From assembly GCA_963662275.1 (NCBI GenBank), contig OY759316.1, forward strand, positions 3,648,001 to 3,712,000: a stretch of 64,000 nucleotides of DNA. Reading direction: 5' to 3'. How positions within the stretch are numbered: the stretch's first letter is position 1; the number at the start of each line of letters is the position of its first letter. This document shows, piece after piece, positions 1 through 10,760 of the stretch. This DNA comes from Candidatus Cloacimonadales bacterium (GTDB taxonomy: Bacteria > Cloacimonadota > Cloacimonadia > Cloacimonadales > DAONDQ01). Both the position numbers and the translations under genes were made by a program. The notes under the pieces were generated by a model that was not told the DNA's origin, did no database searches, and worked only from the letters and a program-made list of their open reading frames with translations.

Positions 1-8
1 GAAACTAT

Positions 9-103
9 CCTTAAAATTCCCCTCCTCAAGGGGGAAACCTTAAAATCCCCCCTCCTCAAGGGGGAAACCTTAAAATCCCCCCTTGAGAAGGGGGGTAGGG
101 GGG
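9..103. repeat. Tandem ~30-bp palindromic (REP-like) units, last loop inverted, followed by GGGGTAGGGGGG
   Basis: ccttaaaatYccc(c)ctcctcaagggggaaa x2, then ccttaaaatccccccttgagaaggggggtaggggggt; same architecture as 21148-21477. Confidence 0.75.
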
Positions 104-229
104 TCGTTCTTCATTCAAAACTCTTTTCCTGTTCAACAGTTTTTTTACAAGGTATTCTCTTTGTGGGATTATTTCGGTTAAGAGCTCTTCACTTTTAGAC
201 AGCTTTAGGATGATCGAAAAAGCATTGCG

Positions 230-1453
230 TCATTTCATCAACACCAGCTTTCTGCTTGTTGCCTTCCCTTCAATGCTTATCCTGGCAAAATACACACCGG
301 AAGCAACTGCAGAACCATTATCATCTGTCCCATTCCACAATACCTGATGATTACCCTGTGTGAAATGCTCATTCAGTAAACTTTTCACTTTCTGACCGCG
401 GATGTTATAGATATCCAGATTCACTAATCCGGCTTTGGGAAGATCGAAGCTGATAGTGGTAGTTGGGTTGAAGGGATTGGGGTAGTTGGTGATTTCTAAT
501 TCGGTAAGAAAAGAAATCGCAGGATCATTATTTGAAGTTAGATCAACCCAATAATATTGATAATTTTTGTAATTGTTCCAAGTGTCATTTTCAAACAATT
601 GTTCAGTAATATCATATAGGTTATTATTAGCATCATATGTGTAAATAGTCTGATAATTATCAACCCATTGATTTGGGATTTGATAATAGTAGAATTGATT
701 CACATGAGAAATAGTATTGGAAGAATTATAAGTATAGATATTTTTAATTTGATTTATCCAGTCTGTATCACCCCAGTATTGAAATACTTCGACACTTAAT
801 AGATCTCCGTCATATGTTGCTGAATATCTACTTGAATTGTTCCAAGTATTATTTATCCAATCTTTCATCACATAAGAAATCTGATGTCCCTGTTCATCAT
901 ACCCATATACTTTACTCTGTGCATCCTCCCATTGATTTAAATTCCACCACTTGAGAGAATCTGCAGAAACATGACCATTTGCATCATATTCATAAATTGA
1001 TTTGTGATAATTCTCCCATCCATTTTGCCATACCTGATCTAGTAATTCCATTACTTTATTTTCACTGTCGTATGTCGGAATTGAGCGACTTTCATTTTGT
1101 AATTCACCGTTATACTGATGTTGCGTCAAAGAAAGATTATATAAACCTGCATCATTGTAAGTCCACGATGTTACTTTTGATAGCATCCAATTAGAATATC
1201 CGGGTATAAGATAATCATGATAAATTAATCGCCCATTTTGATCATACTCAAATTGTTCTAGGTTCATAGCAGTCCATTCGGTTGTATATTCCCTTCCGTA
1301 AATATTATCAATATACCAGCCTCGTATAGGATTAGTATTAAAATTGCTAATTTTGGACAGAGTCAAATTGCTAGGAATAAGGGTCTGATTTGAAATCCCT
1401 AAAATTATAAATGGTATTAATATAAAAACTAAAGACAATCCTTTTTTTTTCAT
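230..1453 (-). CDS. Secreted protein with W-x-N/Y-x-YD repeats and C-terminal FlgD-Ig/T9SS-A-like domain
   Basis: GGAGG SD before MKKKGLSLVFILIPF signal peptide (ATG 1453); repeated YEYDxxG..W..N.W; C-term NYPNPFNP..IYNIRGQ..WNGTD..ASGVYF. Confidence 0.8.
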   Translation of the reverse strand: MKKKGLSLVFILIPFIILGISNQTLIPSNLTLSKISNFNTNPIRGWYIDNIYGREYTTEWTAMNLEQFEYDQNGRLIYHDYLIPGYSNWMLSKVTSWTYNDAGLYNLSLTQHQYNGELQNESRSIPTYDSENKVMELLDQVWQNGWENYHKSIYEYDANGHVSADSLKWWNLNQWEDAQSKVYGYDEQGHQISYVMKDWINNTWNNSSRYSATYDGDLLSVEVFQYWGDTDWINQIKNIYTYNSSNTISHVNQFYYYQIPNQWVDNYQTIYTYDANNNLYDITEQLFENDTWNNYKNYQYYWVDLTSNNDPAISFLTELEITNYPNPFNPTTTISFDLPKAGLVNLDIYNIRGQKVKSLLNEHFTQGNHQVLWNGTDDNGSAVASGVYFARISIEGKATSRKLVLMK

Positions 1454-1648
1454 TTTATCCTCCATTTTTTACTCTTATAGTAAGAAAGAAATACGATTCA
1501 TGTCAATTGATTTGTTTTCATAATATCTAAATGATTACTGATGCAGAAGGTGCCAGGTGACAGGTTTCAGGTGTCAGAGGCAGAGCAGAACTAACTCTCC
1601 GACTTAAGGTCACTTCCCTTTGCAAAAGGGAGGAATTAACGGGCAATA

Positions 1649-3760
1649 ATCGAGTAGGGTGATGCTGGCTAATTAATTCCAGCATCATCCCTCTCACAGA
1701 ACCGTGCGTACGGGTCTCGTACACGGCTCCTGATAATCCTTGTAATTACTCGTAGTAATTAAATAAAACACTTGTCTGAAGTGATGTCAAATCAAACAAC
1801 TTCATTTCTTCAAACCACTTGTTCGGCAAGGCAAAGCATAAGTGGAAGCTCTGAGCGTTACGCCATCTGGTCATAGATAGTTTTGGGCATTCTCCCTTGA
1901 AGCCTTGTCTGCGCATTGCTTTATGGAATGCTTTCCAGCTCTTCCATTCACGCATCTTCTTCATTCGAAGCCTCCTTCGTATCCATTCCATCAGGCTCGC
2001 AAAGATGCTTTTACAACTCGCAACTTTGAAATAGTTACCCCATCCCCTTAGTACAGGATTCAGGCTTCCTATCGTCATGGATATTGGGATGCCACTGTTG
2101 CGGGGAGTAAGCTTACGTATCTTATCCTTGAAACGTTTCAAACGCTCCTTGTCGATGCAGACACGGCTTCCTTTGATGAAAAATCCCAGATAGCTGATTC
2201 CTGTTTCGACACTGCTGATATGAGTCTTTTCCAGATTGACTTGCAAGCGAAGTTCTTCAAGTATCGCTGTCGCGATCCTTTGATATTGCTCTGCCTTTTT
2301 CCTGGTCGGAGCAAATATCAGGATGTCATCAGCATAACGTACTATCCTGATGTTCCGCTGTTTCATCCTCTGGTCGAACTCATCCAGATAGATATTCATC
2401 AATAAGGGTGAGATTACTCCACCTTGCGGACTGCCTATCTCAGTAGCTTTGAAATCCCCATCGACCATTACTCCTGATTTGAGAAAACGGCTGATTAATC
2501 TCAGCAATGTACCATCACTGATTTTCCTGTTCAGACGGCTCAATATCAGTTCGTGGTCTAAGGTGTCAAAACACTTGGATAAGTCCATATTCACAGCATA
2601 ACCCAAATTGTACGCTGTAAGAAAACGCTGAGCTTTCGCTACGGCATGTTGGCAAGACCGATGCGGTCTGTAACCATAACTGGACGGATGGAAGTCAGGC
2701 TCAAATATCGGTTGTATGATATTCAGGATTGCCTGCTGCACTACTCTGTCTCTTACCGTTGGAATGCCAAGCGGTCTCATTTTGCCATTGGGTTTGGGTA
2801 TCTCTAACCGCCTTACAGGTGATGGCTCGTAAGTACCTGCCATTAGTTCGTCGTGAAGTTGGTTGATGTTCACTGCCAGTTGTTCGTCAAAGTTTTCTAT
2901 ACTCTGCCCATCAATGCCTGATGCACCTTTATTCCGTTTCACCGAAGTAAAGGAAGCATACAAATTGGGCAGGGAGTACACCTTGTCGATTAAGCTGTAG
3001 TATTTTCTCATGACATTTCCTGTCTCATTGTGATTCGTTTTGCGGTGTTCATCGAGGATGAATGTCTCTTCATCAGGGTGTCCTGCCTTCTTTAGCATAT
3101 AGCAATATGACAGAACTGCTGCTTTTGAGCTTTGCCTGACTAATCAGTCTCGTGCGGTCGGGGTTGAAAGGAAGTTCGTCACCACTGTCAAACCGAGCCT
3201 CGAAGCATTTCAGCTTCTTCCTTCGTTTCTCACTTTTCATCGATTACTTTCCACATTTCAAATCATCCCTTTGGATTATCTTCATCCCTTCGCATGAACT
3301 GTATCCTTTTGAGATACAGCCCTCAGCATTACCGTGAATGCTGTCCCTTTTGTTTTATCCTCCAGACTGTCACCAGCTTTCATAGGCAAAAGGTTTGTCA
3401 CTACTACGGAATCATCTGCCACCTGCTATCGCTTGGCTTCTCACTTATCTTTCAACTTGATCGAAACGACTACCTTAAGTAGACAATAACAGGCTTCCCC
3501 AGTTAAGTTCTCCTGCCTGAATATGAAGCCATCTGTCATAATCTGTAGAGATATCCAGCTTTCGGGCTTTCCCACTTTTTGAAAGGTTACCCACTCTACA
3601 AACCAACATCAGTTCACTTGCGCTATGTTCCATATTCCCTCTGCGTCTTACTTCAGACCCTGCCGTTGCCGGCAACGCCCTTGACCTCGAGTTGACTTCC
3701 CGCTGATTAGGTGTCAGGACTTCTTCCAGTCCATCGGCGCAGAAAACATTCTGGGCAAAC
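1649..3760 (-). mobile_element. Group II intron, class IIC-like, full length
   Basis: Minus-strand 5' end GTTTGCCCAGAATG right after hairpin+T6; domain I motif CAAGGGCGTTGCCGGCAACGGCAGGGTCTGAAG; short domain V GAGCCGTGTACGAGACCCGTACGCACGGTTC; domain VI ending CCCTACTCGAT; RT ORF inside. Confidence 0.9.
1746..3011 (-). CDS. ltrA: Group II intron reverse transcriptase/maturase, no endonuclease domain
   Basis: NKGASGIDG, RPLGIPTVRDRVVQQA, DLSKCFD, GSPQGGVISPLL, RYADD, maturase NPVLRGWGNYF; likely start MRKYYSL. Confidence 0.93.
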   Translation of the reverse strand: MRKYYSLIDKVYSLPNLYASFTSVKRNKGASGIDGQSIENFDEQLAVNINQLHDELMAGTYEPSPVRRLEIPKPNGKMRPLGIPTVRDRVVQQAILNIIQPIFEPDFHPSSYGYRPHRSCQHAVAKAQRFLTAYNLGYAVNMDLSKCFDTLDHELILSRLNRKISDGTLLRLISRFLKSGVMVDGDFKATEIGSPQGGVISPLLMNIYLDEFDQRMKQRNIRIVRYADDILIFAPTRKKAEQYQRIATAILEELRLQVNLEKTHISSVETGISYLGFFIKGSRVCIDKERLKRFKDKIRKLTPRNSGIPISMTIGSLNPVLRGWGNYFKVASCKSIFASLMEWIRRRLRMKKMREWKSWKAFHKAMRRQGFKGECPKLSMTRWRNAQSFHLCFALPNKWFEEMKLFDLTSLQTSVLFNYYE

Positions 3761-3792
3761 AAAAAAGAGACGCCCGAGTTGGGCGTCTCTAC
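3761..3792 (-). terminator. Intrinsic terminator of the ribosomal cluster, formed by a GTAG-type REP hairpin; intron target site
   Basis: Minus strand GTAGAGACGCCC-AACTC-GGGCGTCTC-TTTTTT directly after rplQ. Confidence 0.85.
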
Positions 3793-3812
3793 ATTTATTT
3801 ACAAAGAATAAT

Positions 3813-4292
3813 CTACTTTGTTAGTTTTGCTACAGTATCTTTTAAAGGATTCTTTGCTTTGGTTGTTTTTTTCTTAGTTTTTGCGATATCTTTAGTAAGA
3901 TCCTTTGCACTGATATGATCGTGTTTCTTTTCATCCGCACCTTCCACAAATTCAATGATTGCCATAGCAGCAGCATCACCTTTGCGGTAGCCGTTTTTAA
4001 TGACACGTGTATATCCGCCGTTCCGTTCGGTATAGCGGGGTGCGATCTCAGTAAAGAGCTTTTTCACAAGGTCACGGCTGCCAAGAATGATGAAAGCCAT
4101 ACGACGATGATGAACACTATCTGATTTTGCATAAGTGACACAACGTTCAGCCATGCTCCGCATTTCTTTTGCTTTTTCTACCGTTGTGGTCAATCTTCCA
4201 TGTTCCACAAGAGAGCGAACCAGGTTTCTTAACATGGCATTGCGATGGTCAGCTTCGCGACCAAATTTTCTTCCAGCTAATCTATGTCTCAT
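3813..4292 (-). CDS. rplQ: 50S ribosomal protein L17 with Lys-rich C-terminal extension
   Basis: MRHR..GRKFGR, RNGGYTRVIK, GDAA; last gene of alpha operon. Confidence 0.97.
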   Translation of the reverse strand: MRHRLAGRKFGREADHRNAMLRNLVRSLVEHGRLTTTVEKAKEMRSMAERCVTYAKSDSVHHRRMAFIILGSRDLVKKLFTEIAPRYTERNGGYTRVIKNGYRKGDAAAMAIIEFVEGADEKKHDHISAKDLTKDIAKTKKKTTKAKNPLKDTVAKLTK

Positions 4293-4295
4293 TGC

Positions 4296-5315
4296 TTACA
4301 CCTTCTTCTTCATAATAACGCGATTTTTGGCTTCCTCAATACGTCCATATATCTCATCGATATCCATGCCGAGAGTTAACTCATATTTGTCCAGGAGAGC
4401 GGTGATTTCATCAAGGGATTTCTTACCAAAATTACGATACTTTAGCATTTCCGGTTCAGACTTTCCGACTAAATCTCCAATAGTTTCAATATGAGCTGCT
4501 GATAGGCAATTCGCAGAACGAACCGTCAGTTCGAGTTCTTTGACGCTCATATGCAGGAGTTTATCAAGACGTTCTAAGTCCGGATCCATCTGGATTTCTT
4601 CCACATATTCAGGTTCCTCTTCGAAAAGAGAAATCTTTGAATAGAGGTCTTTTAATATCTTTGCTGAAAGGAACAAGGCAAATTTTGGATCGATACTGCC
4701 ATTTGTCTGGATATCGATGGTCAATTTGTCATAATTCATTTTCTCTTTCACTCGCTGGTGGCTAATCACAAAATTAACTTTGATGACAGGAGAATAGATA
4801 GAATCAATTGGAATCACGCCAATTGGTTTATCTTCCATTTCCTGTTTGTCAGCAGGTATATAACCGCGACCAGAGCCAGCCCAGAGTTCAAGACGAAAAT
4901 CGATATCTTCTGTTACTTCCAAAAGATACATATCTTTGTTAATGATTTCCACATCAGCAGGTGCAACGATCTCAGCGGCGGTAACAATACCTTTTCCCTT
5001 ATGTTCAAGAACCATTGTCACTTCGTTGAGATTGCTGATTTTCATAACAAGCTGTTTGATACGTAAGATCAGATCAATGTAATCTGAATTCGTTCCCGGG
5101 ATGGGTGAAAATTCATGATGAAGACCTTCGATACGAATATATCGAACAGCAGCGCCCTGGATCGATGACAGCAGAACTCTTCTCAGGGTATTGCCAATGG
5201 TAGTCCCGAATCCGGGTTCTAAGGGACCAATATCAAATTTACCGAAGGTAGAAGTATAAGTTTCTTTCTCAACATCCACTTTTTCGGGCATTTGTAAGGG
5301 TTCAAGAAGCATCAT
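4296..5315 (-). CDS. rpoA: RNA polymerase alpha subunit
   Basis: PLEPGFGTTIGNTLRRVLLSS, ELELTVRSANCL, NFGKKSLDEI. Confidence 0.98.
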   Translation of the reverse strand: MMLLEPLQMPEKVDVEKETYTSTFGKFDIGPLEPGFGTTIGNTLRRVLLSSIQGAAVRYIRIEGLHHEFSPIPGTNSDYIDLILRIKQLVMKISNLNEVTMVLEHKGKGIVTAAEIVAPADVEIINKDMYLLEVTEDIDFRLELWAGSGRGYIPADKQEMEDKPIGVIPIDSIYSPVIKVNFVISHQRVKEKMNYDKLTIDIQTNGSIDPKFALFLSAKILKDLYSKISLFEEEPEYVEEIQMDPDLERLDKLLHMSVKELELTVRSANCLSAAHIETIGDLVGKSEPEMLKYRNFGKKSLDEITALLDKYELTLGMDIDEIYGRIEEAKNRVIMKKKV

Positions 5316-5332
5316 AACGCGACTCCTATTGA

Positions 5333-5956
5333 CTATTTCGAGTAAAATTCAACGATTAGACGTAAATCCACCTGGATGGGAATCAATTCGACTTCCGGCA
5401 CTGTAAGGAATTCGCCCCTGAAGATGTTTTTATCAACAGCAAGCCAGGTATAAGGACTGGTTAGGCTTGTCATTTCCATAGCTTCAAGGAGAGCCTTCAT
5501 CGTACGGCTTTTTTCGTGGATTTCGATGACATCACCGGGCGATACCAGGTAAGAAGGAATATCAACACGTTTGCCATTGATCAAGATGTGTCCGTGATTC
5601 ACGAACTGTCTTGATTGCATACGTGTTACTGCAAAGCCCAGGCGATAAACGACATTATCGAGTCTGCGTTCGAGTAAGCGTAGTAAGTTGTCACCAGTGA
5701 CACCCTGCATTTTTTCAGCTTTAAAAAATAGATTACGGAATTGTTTTTCCATTAATCCATAAGTAAAACGCAGTTTTTGTTTTTCTTTTAAATGTAAACC
5801 ATAATCACTGATCTTTCTGCGTTGGGCTTTATCTTTCCCATGCTGTCCTGATCCATATGGTCTTTTTCCTAAAATCTTATCGTATTTAGCGGTGCCGAAA
5901 AGATTCTCATTGAATCTGCGGCATAGTTTTGCTTTCGGTCCAGTATAACGTGCCAT
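5333..5956 (-). CDS. rpsD: 30S ribosomal protein S4
   Basis: MARYTGP, LERRLDNVVYRLG, LIVEFYSK. Confidence 0.98.
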   Translation of the reverse strand: MARYTGPKAKLCRRFNENLFGTAKYDKILGKRPYGSGQHGKDKAQRRKISDYGLHLKEKQKLRFTYGLMEKQFRNLFFKAEKMQGVTGDNLLRLLERRLDNVVYRLGFAVTRMQSRQFVNHGHILINGKRVDIPSYLVSPGDVIEIHEKSRTMKALLEAMEMTSLTSPYTWLAVDKNIFRGEFLTVPEVELIPIQVDLRLIVEFYSK

Positions 5957-5970
5957 TTAAATAGCCTCCA

Positions 5971-6363
5971 TCAGATTCTTCTTGCTTTGGGTGGACGACA
6001 ACCGTTGTGAGGAATCGGAGTCGAATCTTTAATCGCCAAAACCCTGATACCTGCTGCATTTAATGCACGAATGGCAGATTCTCTTCCACCACCGGGACCT
6101 TTCACAATAACGGATACTTTACTAATTCCCATATCGATTGCAGTTTTCGCAACTTCTTCCGCAGCCATCTGAGCAGCAAAAGGAGTACTTTTACGAGAAC
6201 CCTTATAACCGATCTTACCGCCACTTGACCAAACCAATACATTTCCGGCTTTATCCGTGATGGAGACGATCGTATTATTAAAACTGGAGTGGATGAAGGC
6301 AATACCTTCGTCAAAAGCCAGACGTACGCGTTTTTTCTTTGTCTTTACTTTCTTGGTTGCCAT
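5971..6363 (-). CDS. rpsK: 30S ribosomal protein S11
   Basis: [24 protein letters not shown]. Confidence 0.98.
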   Translation of the reverse strand: MATKKVKTKKKRVRLAFDEGIAFIHSSFNNTIVSITDKAGNVLVWSSGGKIGYKGSRKSTPFAAQMAAEEVAKTAIDMGISKVSVIVKGPGGGRESAIRALNAAGIRVLAIKDSTPIPHNGCRPPKARRI

Positions 6364-6371
6364 CTCTTCTC

Positions 6372-6740
6372 CTACTTCTTCTTTTTCAAGGCACCAGGTC
6401 TTGGGCCTTTACGAGTTCTAGCATTCGTGTGAGTACGTTGCCCACGAACAGGAAGACCTCTTTTATGACGGATACCACGATAGCAGCCGATTTCCATCAG
6501 ACGCTTTATGTTCATGGCAATCGTTGTGCGAAGAGAACCTTCCACCACGTAATCATTCTGAATAATATCTCTCAAGATCTTTTCTTCGTCCATACTCAGA
6601 TCCTGTACTTTCTTACTTTCGTCAATATTGGCTTTTTGTAAGATCTCTTGGGAAATGGATCTGCCAATCCCATAGATATAAGTCAAGCCAATGACGACCC
6701 GTTTGCTTTTAGGTAATTCAACTCCTGCTATATGTGCCAA
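6372..6740 (-). CDS. rpsM: 30S ribosomal protein S13
   Basis: [29 protein letters not shown] start. Confidence 0.98.
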   Translation of the reverse strand: MAHIAGVELPKSKRVVIGLTYIYGIGRSISQEILQKANIDESKKVQDLSMDEEKILRDIIQNDYVVEGSLRTTIAMNIKRLMEIGCYRGIRHKRGLPVRGQRTHTNARTRKGPRPGALKKKK

Positions 6741-6758
6741 GCTGCTTCCTCCTTGTTC

Positions 6759-6875
6759 TTAGCCCTGACGCTGCTTATGCTTCGGGTTAGTCTTACAGAT
6801 AACCATAACAACGCCATGTCGCTTAATAACCCTGCAATCTTTGCAGATTACTTTTACAGATGCTTTGACCTTCAT
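6759..6875 (-). CDS. rpmJ: 50S ribosomal protein L36 (below ORF-track cutoff)
   Basis: Manual translation [38 protein letters not shown]. Confidence 0.97.
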   Translation of the reverse strand: MKVKASVKVICKDCRVIKRHGVVMVICKTNPKHKQRQG

Positions 6876-6883
6876 GTTGTCTC

Positions 6884-7105
6884 CTATTTATAACGATACG
6901 TAATTCTGCCACGGGTAAGATCGTAAGGAGAAAGTTCCACCTTAACCTTATCCCCTGGAAGGATACGAATATAATTCATACGCATCTTGCCGGAACTGTG
7001 GGCAAGGATCTCATGACCGTTTTCAAGTTCGACTTTGAATGTGGTATTTGGCAAGGCTTCCTTGACGATTCCTTCCACTTCAATGACTCCAGTTTTTGCT
7101 GTCAT
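6884..7105 (-). CDS. infA: Translation initiation factor IF-1
   Basis: [31 protein letters not shown]. Confidence 0.98.
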   Translation of the reverse strand: MTAKTGVIEVEGIVKEALPNTTFKVELENGHEILAHSSGKMRMNYIRILPGDKVKVELSPYDLTRGRITYRYK

Positions 7106-7115
7106 TTGTCCTTTC

Positions 7116-7874
7116 CTATTTAACGCTTAAAATTATGGGTTGATCATTCGTTATGAGGATTGTATGCTCGAAATGAGCAGACAGGGAATTATCGGCTACG
7201 AAAAATTCCCAACCCTTTTCTTTCACTCGATTGGTTCCGACATTGACCATTGGTTCAATCGCCAGAGTCATACCCGGCTGTAACCTTAAGCCTCTATCTT
7301 TCTTTCCTGAGTTCGGAATCATGGGTTCTTCATGCAGTTGTTTGCCAACACCGTGACCGGTGAGATCATCTGCAACGAAATAACCTTGTTCCTGAACATA
7401 GGAACCAATTGCATTGGATATATCCCCTACCCGTTTACCGGGAAGAGCTGCTGAAATTCCCAGCTCTAATGCTTTTTGGGTCACTGTCATCAGTCTCTCT
7501 GCTTCTGCAGAAATGTTGCCAACAGCATAAGTCCAAGCTGCATCACCATAGTACCCATCTTTAATAACACCCACATCGACTCCAAGAATATCACCGTCCT
7601 TCAAGATAACTTTTTCTGAAGGTATCCCATGAACAATAGCTGAGTTCACAGAAGTACATAGTGTTCCTGGAAATGGAGGTAATCCGGGTACCTGGTAACC
7701 TTTAAAAGCCGGTATTCCATCTTCTGAACGAATTAATTCCTCAGCATAGCGATCTAATTCCATAGTACTGATACCAGGTTTTATCAGATCCTTCAATGCG
7801 TCAAGCAACAGTCCGACAATACGGCTTGCTTCCCTGATTTTTCGGATTTCTTCGTCAGTTTTGATATATACCAT
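7116..7874 (-). CDS. map: Methionine aminopeptidase type I
   Basis: [42 protein letters not shown]. Confidence 0.97.
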   Translation of the reverse strand: MVYIKTDEEIRKIREASRIVGLLLDALKDLIKPGISTMELDRYAEELIRSEDGIPAFKGYQVPGLPPFPGTLCTSVNSAIVHGIPSEKVILKDGDILGVDVGVIKDGYYGDAAWTYAVGNISAEAERLMTVTQKALELGISAALPGKRVGDISNAIGSYVQEQGYFVADDLTGHGVGKQLHEEPMIPNSGKKDRGLRLQPGMTLAIEPMVNVGTNRVKEKGWEFFVADNSLSAHFEHTILITNDQPIILSVK

Positions 7875-7877
7875 CGT

Positions 7878-9182
7878 TTATGAATTCCTTCCTCTAAGTT
7901 TCCCTTTTTTCATAAATCCTTCATAATGTCTCATTACGAGATGCGATTCTATCTGTTGCAACGTATCCAGAGCTACACCTACGACAATGATCAATCCTGT
8001 TCCACCAAAATAGAACGGAAGGTTTGCCCACTTGGACATGAATTCAGGCATAACAGCAATGAAGGCAAAGAATATTGCACCTGGAAGTGTGATACGGGTA
8101 AGAACAGTATTAATATAATCTGCAGTCTTCTTACCGGGTACCTTTCCGGGAATGAATCCACCGTAACGTTTCATATTTTCTGCCATATCGGTTGGATTCA
8201 GTACGATAGCTGTATAGAAATATGCAAAGAAAATGATCATTGATACATACAGAATCGTGTATAGTGCCGCACCCGGTGACAACCAGCGAACGATCAGGCT
8301 TTCCTGTCCATTCGGGAATAAGGCTGCAATTGTACGAGGAAACAATATCACGGACTGTGCAAAAATGATTGGAATTACACCGGCAGTATTTACGCGTAAT
8401 GGAATGAACGTGCTTTGCCCGCCGTAAACGCGTCTGCCAACAATTCGTTTTGCATATTGAACAGGGATTTTTCGAGTAGCTTCCGTCACCAGGATAACTG
8501 ACGCTGTCACAAGTACCATAACAGCTAGTGTTATGAGTGCTAACAAGACATTCATAGATCCGGTGCGAACCATATCAAACATTTGAAGAAATCCCTTGGG
8601 ATAACGTGCAATGATACCAGCGAATATGATCAATGAGATTCCGTTTCCAATGCCGCGTTCTGTAATTTGCTCACCAATCCACATAACAAGCATTGTTCCG
8701 GTTACCATAGACACCATTGAAGTGAACATGAAAACTCCCTTTGATAAAGGAGTTATCCCGGGAATGGAAAGCAAGAAGAGAGTGATACCAATTGAATTGA
8801 ATGCTGAGATTCCAACCGTACCATAACGAGTAATCTGATTGATCTTCTTCTGACCTTCTGCACCTTCCTTCTTTAATTTCTCAAAGTAAGGTACAATACT
8901 ACCTAGCAATTGAATCACAATGGATGCAGTAATATAAGGCATAATGCCAAGTGCAAAAATGGATGCACGTTCAAAGTTTCCACCAACAAACAGGTCATAC
9001 AATCCAAATAAAGTATTCCCTTGAGATGCCATACCGGCAAAATAGGTTTTTAATATGGATGTGTCTACCCCAGGAGTTGGAATAAAACTACCTATACGAT
9101 AGAGAATGAGCATAAGCCCTGTAAAAAGGATCTTCTTTTTCAGATCCGGTATCTTAAAGACATTGGTAATCGTTTGTAACAA
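7878..9182 (-). CDS. secY: Preprotein translocase SecY
   Basis: SIFALGIMPYITASI, GIGNGISLIIF, GVIPIIFA, FGGTGLII. Confidence 0.98.
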   Translation of the reverse strand: MLQTITNVFKIPDLKKKILFTGLMLILYRIGSFIPTPGVDTSILKTYFAGMASQGNTLFGLYDLFVGGNFERASIFALGIMPYITASIVIQLLGSIVPYFEKLKKEGAEGQKKINQITRYGTVGISAFNSIGITLFLLSIPGITPLSKGVFMFTSMVSMVTGTMLVMWIGEQITERGIGNGISLIIFAGIIARYPKGFLQMFDMVRTGSMNVLLALITLAVMVLVTASVILVTEATRKIPVQYAKRIVGRRVYGGQSTFIPLRVNTAGVIPIIFAQSVILFPRTIAALFPNGQESLIVRWLSPGAALYTILYVSMIIFFAYFYTAIVLNPTDMAENMKRYGGFIPGKVPGKKTADYINTVLTRITLPGAIFFAFIAVMPEFMSKWANLPFYFGGTGLIIVVGVALDTLQQIESHLVMRHYEGFMKKGKLRGRNS

Positions 9183-9183
9183 G

Positions 9184-9639
9184 TTACACTACCTCCGCTT
9201 TTCCACCATTTTGTTCGATCATTTCAATCGCTTTTTTGGAAAAAGCATTGGCTTGAATATGAATTTTTTTATTAAAAGTCCCGTCAAGTTTTGCTAATAT
9301 CTTCACTGGATATTTAGACACATGACCGGAGTTAGGTACTAAACCAAATTCTTCCATTTTTTTAATGGTTAATTCTTCCACTTCGAGATCCTGGATTTTC
9401 GCCAAGTTCACAATACGGAAATGAATTTTGAATATATTTACGAAACCGCGTTTTGGTAAACGACGCTGGATTGGCATTTGACCGCCTTCAAATCCTTTCG
9501 GAACGGTACCACCGGCACGAGCTTTTCTTCCCTTATGACCTTTACCAGCTTGTTTGCCTTGTCCTGTTCCCTGTCCCTTTCCCAAACGCTTCTTATCTTT
9601 CTTTGTATCGGGACGTTCCATTGTATGTAGTGATAACAT
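9184..9639 (-). CDS. rplO: 50S ribosomal protein L15
   Basis: GKGHKGRKAR, GFEGGQMP..RRLPKRGF. Confidence 0.97.
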   Translation of the reverse strand: MLSLHTMERPDTKKDKKRLGKGQGTGQGKQAGKGHKGRKARAGGTVPKGFEGGQMPIQRRLPKRGFVNIFKIHFRIVNLAKIQDLEVEELTIKKMEEFGLVPNSGHVSKYPVKILAKLDGTFNKKIHIQANAFSKKAIEMIEQNGGKAEVV

Positions 9640-9659
9640 TCAAATCTCCTTTGATCTTC

Positions 9660-9845
9660 TTAAGCTTCTTCTACCGGTTCAACTTTGACCATGTAGGAGA
9701 CTTTATTGATCATTCCACGGATAACGGGATTATCTTCATGAATACGAGATTTCCCGATTCTGCCTAAACCAAGAGATTTAGCCACGCGACAATGATTTTC
9801 TTTGCGACCAATACAGCTTTTCATTTGGATCACTTTTATCTTCAT
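9660..9845 (-). CDS. rpmD: 50S ribosomal protein L30
   Basis: KSCIGR..LGL...RGMINKV; position in spc operon. Confidence 0.95.
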   Translation of the reverse strand: MKIKVIQMKSCIGRKENHCRVAKSLGLGRIGKSRIHEDNPVIRGMINKVSYMVKVEPVEEA

Positions 9846-10366
9846 TTTTCCTCCTGTCCCGTTAATTGGGCGACAGTTTTGCCTCGATTTCGGGCAGCTT
9901 GAGAAACCGTACGAAGTTCTTTTAATCCGATTACTGTAGCTTTCACAACATTCGCCGGAGTATTTGACCCCAAGGATTTACAAAGAATGTTCTCAATACC
10001 TGCTGCTTCAAAGATAGCACGAGCCGTTCCACCGGCAATAACACCGGTACCGGGACGGGCTGGTTTCATCATGACACGACTGGCTCCAAATCTTCCGATC
10101 ATTTCATGAGGAATCGTTCCTTTGACTAATGGAATTGAAAACATTAATTTCATCGCTTTATCTTTAGCCTTACGAATCGCATCTACGATTTCATTTGCTT
10201 TTCCTGTTCCGACACCGACATTGCCTTTGCGATCTCCCACAACAACAATAGCGCTAAAACTAAAGTTCCTACCACCTTTCACAACTTTCGCCACACGCTT
10301 GGTGTCAATGATCTTTTCGATCATTAATTCTTGTTCGTCATTTTGCATTCTGTTGTCTTGACTCAA
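9842..10366 (-). CDS. rpsE: 30S ribosomal protein S5
   Basis: [24 protein letters not shown]. Confidence 0.98.
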   Translation of the reverse strand: MSQDNRMQNDEQELMIEKIIDTKRVAKVVKGGRNFSFSAIVVVGDRKGNVGVGTGKANEIVDAIRKAKDKAMKLMFSIPLVKGTIPHEMIGRFGASRVMMKPARPGTGVIAGGTARAIFEAAGIENILCKSLGSNTPANVVKATVIGLKELRTVSQAARNRGKTVAQLTGQEEK

Positions 10367-10377
10367 GTTGTCCTCCT

Positions 10378-10752
10378 TTAGAACTCTAATCCGGCTTTAC
10401 GGGCACCATCAGCCAACGCCTTTACGCGTCCGTGATACTGGTAACCTGAGCGGTCGAAAGAAACTTGTTTGATTCCGGCAGCTAAAGCTTTCTGGGCAAT
10501 GAGTTCACCAATCTTAAAGCTTTTTGCTGCTTTCTTTTCTTTGGCATTTATTTCAATATCTTTGGATACTGTTGAAACAGCAACCAGTGTTTTGCCAACT
10601 GTATCATCAATTATTTGAGCATAGATATGCTTCAAGCTACGAAAAACGACCAGGCGTGGTCTTTCAGTGGTTCCTGATAAGCGCTTCCGGATGTACAATT
10701 TTCTCCGTGATCTTTTTTCATGCTTAGTAATGTATGCAGGTTTTACCATCAT
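10378..10752 (-). CDS. rplR: 50S ribosomal protein L18
   Basis: [30 protein letters not shown]. Confidence 0.97.
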   Translation of the reverse strand: MMVKPAYITKHEKRSRRKLYIRKRLSGTTERPRLVVFRSLKHIYAQIIDDTVGKTLVAVSTVSKDIEINAKEKKAAKSFKIGELIAQKALAAGIKQVSFDRSGYQYHGRVKALADGARKAGLEF

Positions 10753-10760
10753 AGACTCCC

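Noticed and set aside
1527..1724. 65-aa ORF, and the 95-aa ORF at 3475-3762
   Set aside because: They coincide with intron ribozyme domains V-VI and I.
7116..9182. Absence of adk between secY and map
   Set aside because: The secY-map-infA order occurs in several phyla; not unusual.
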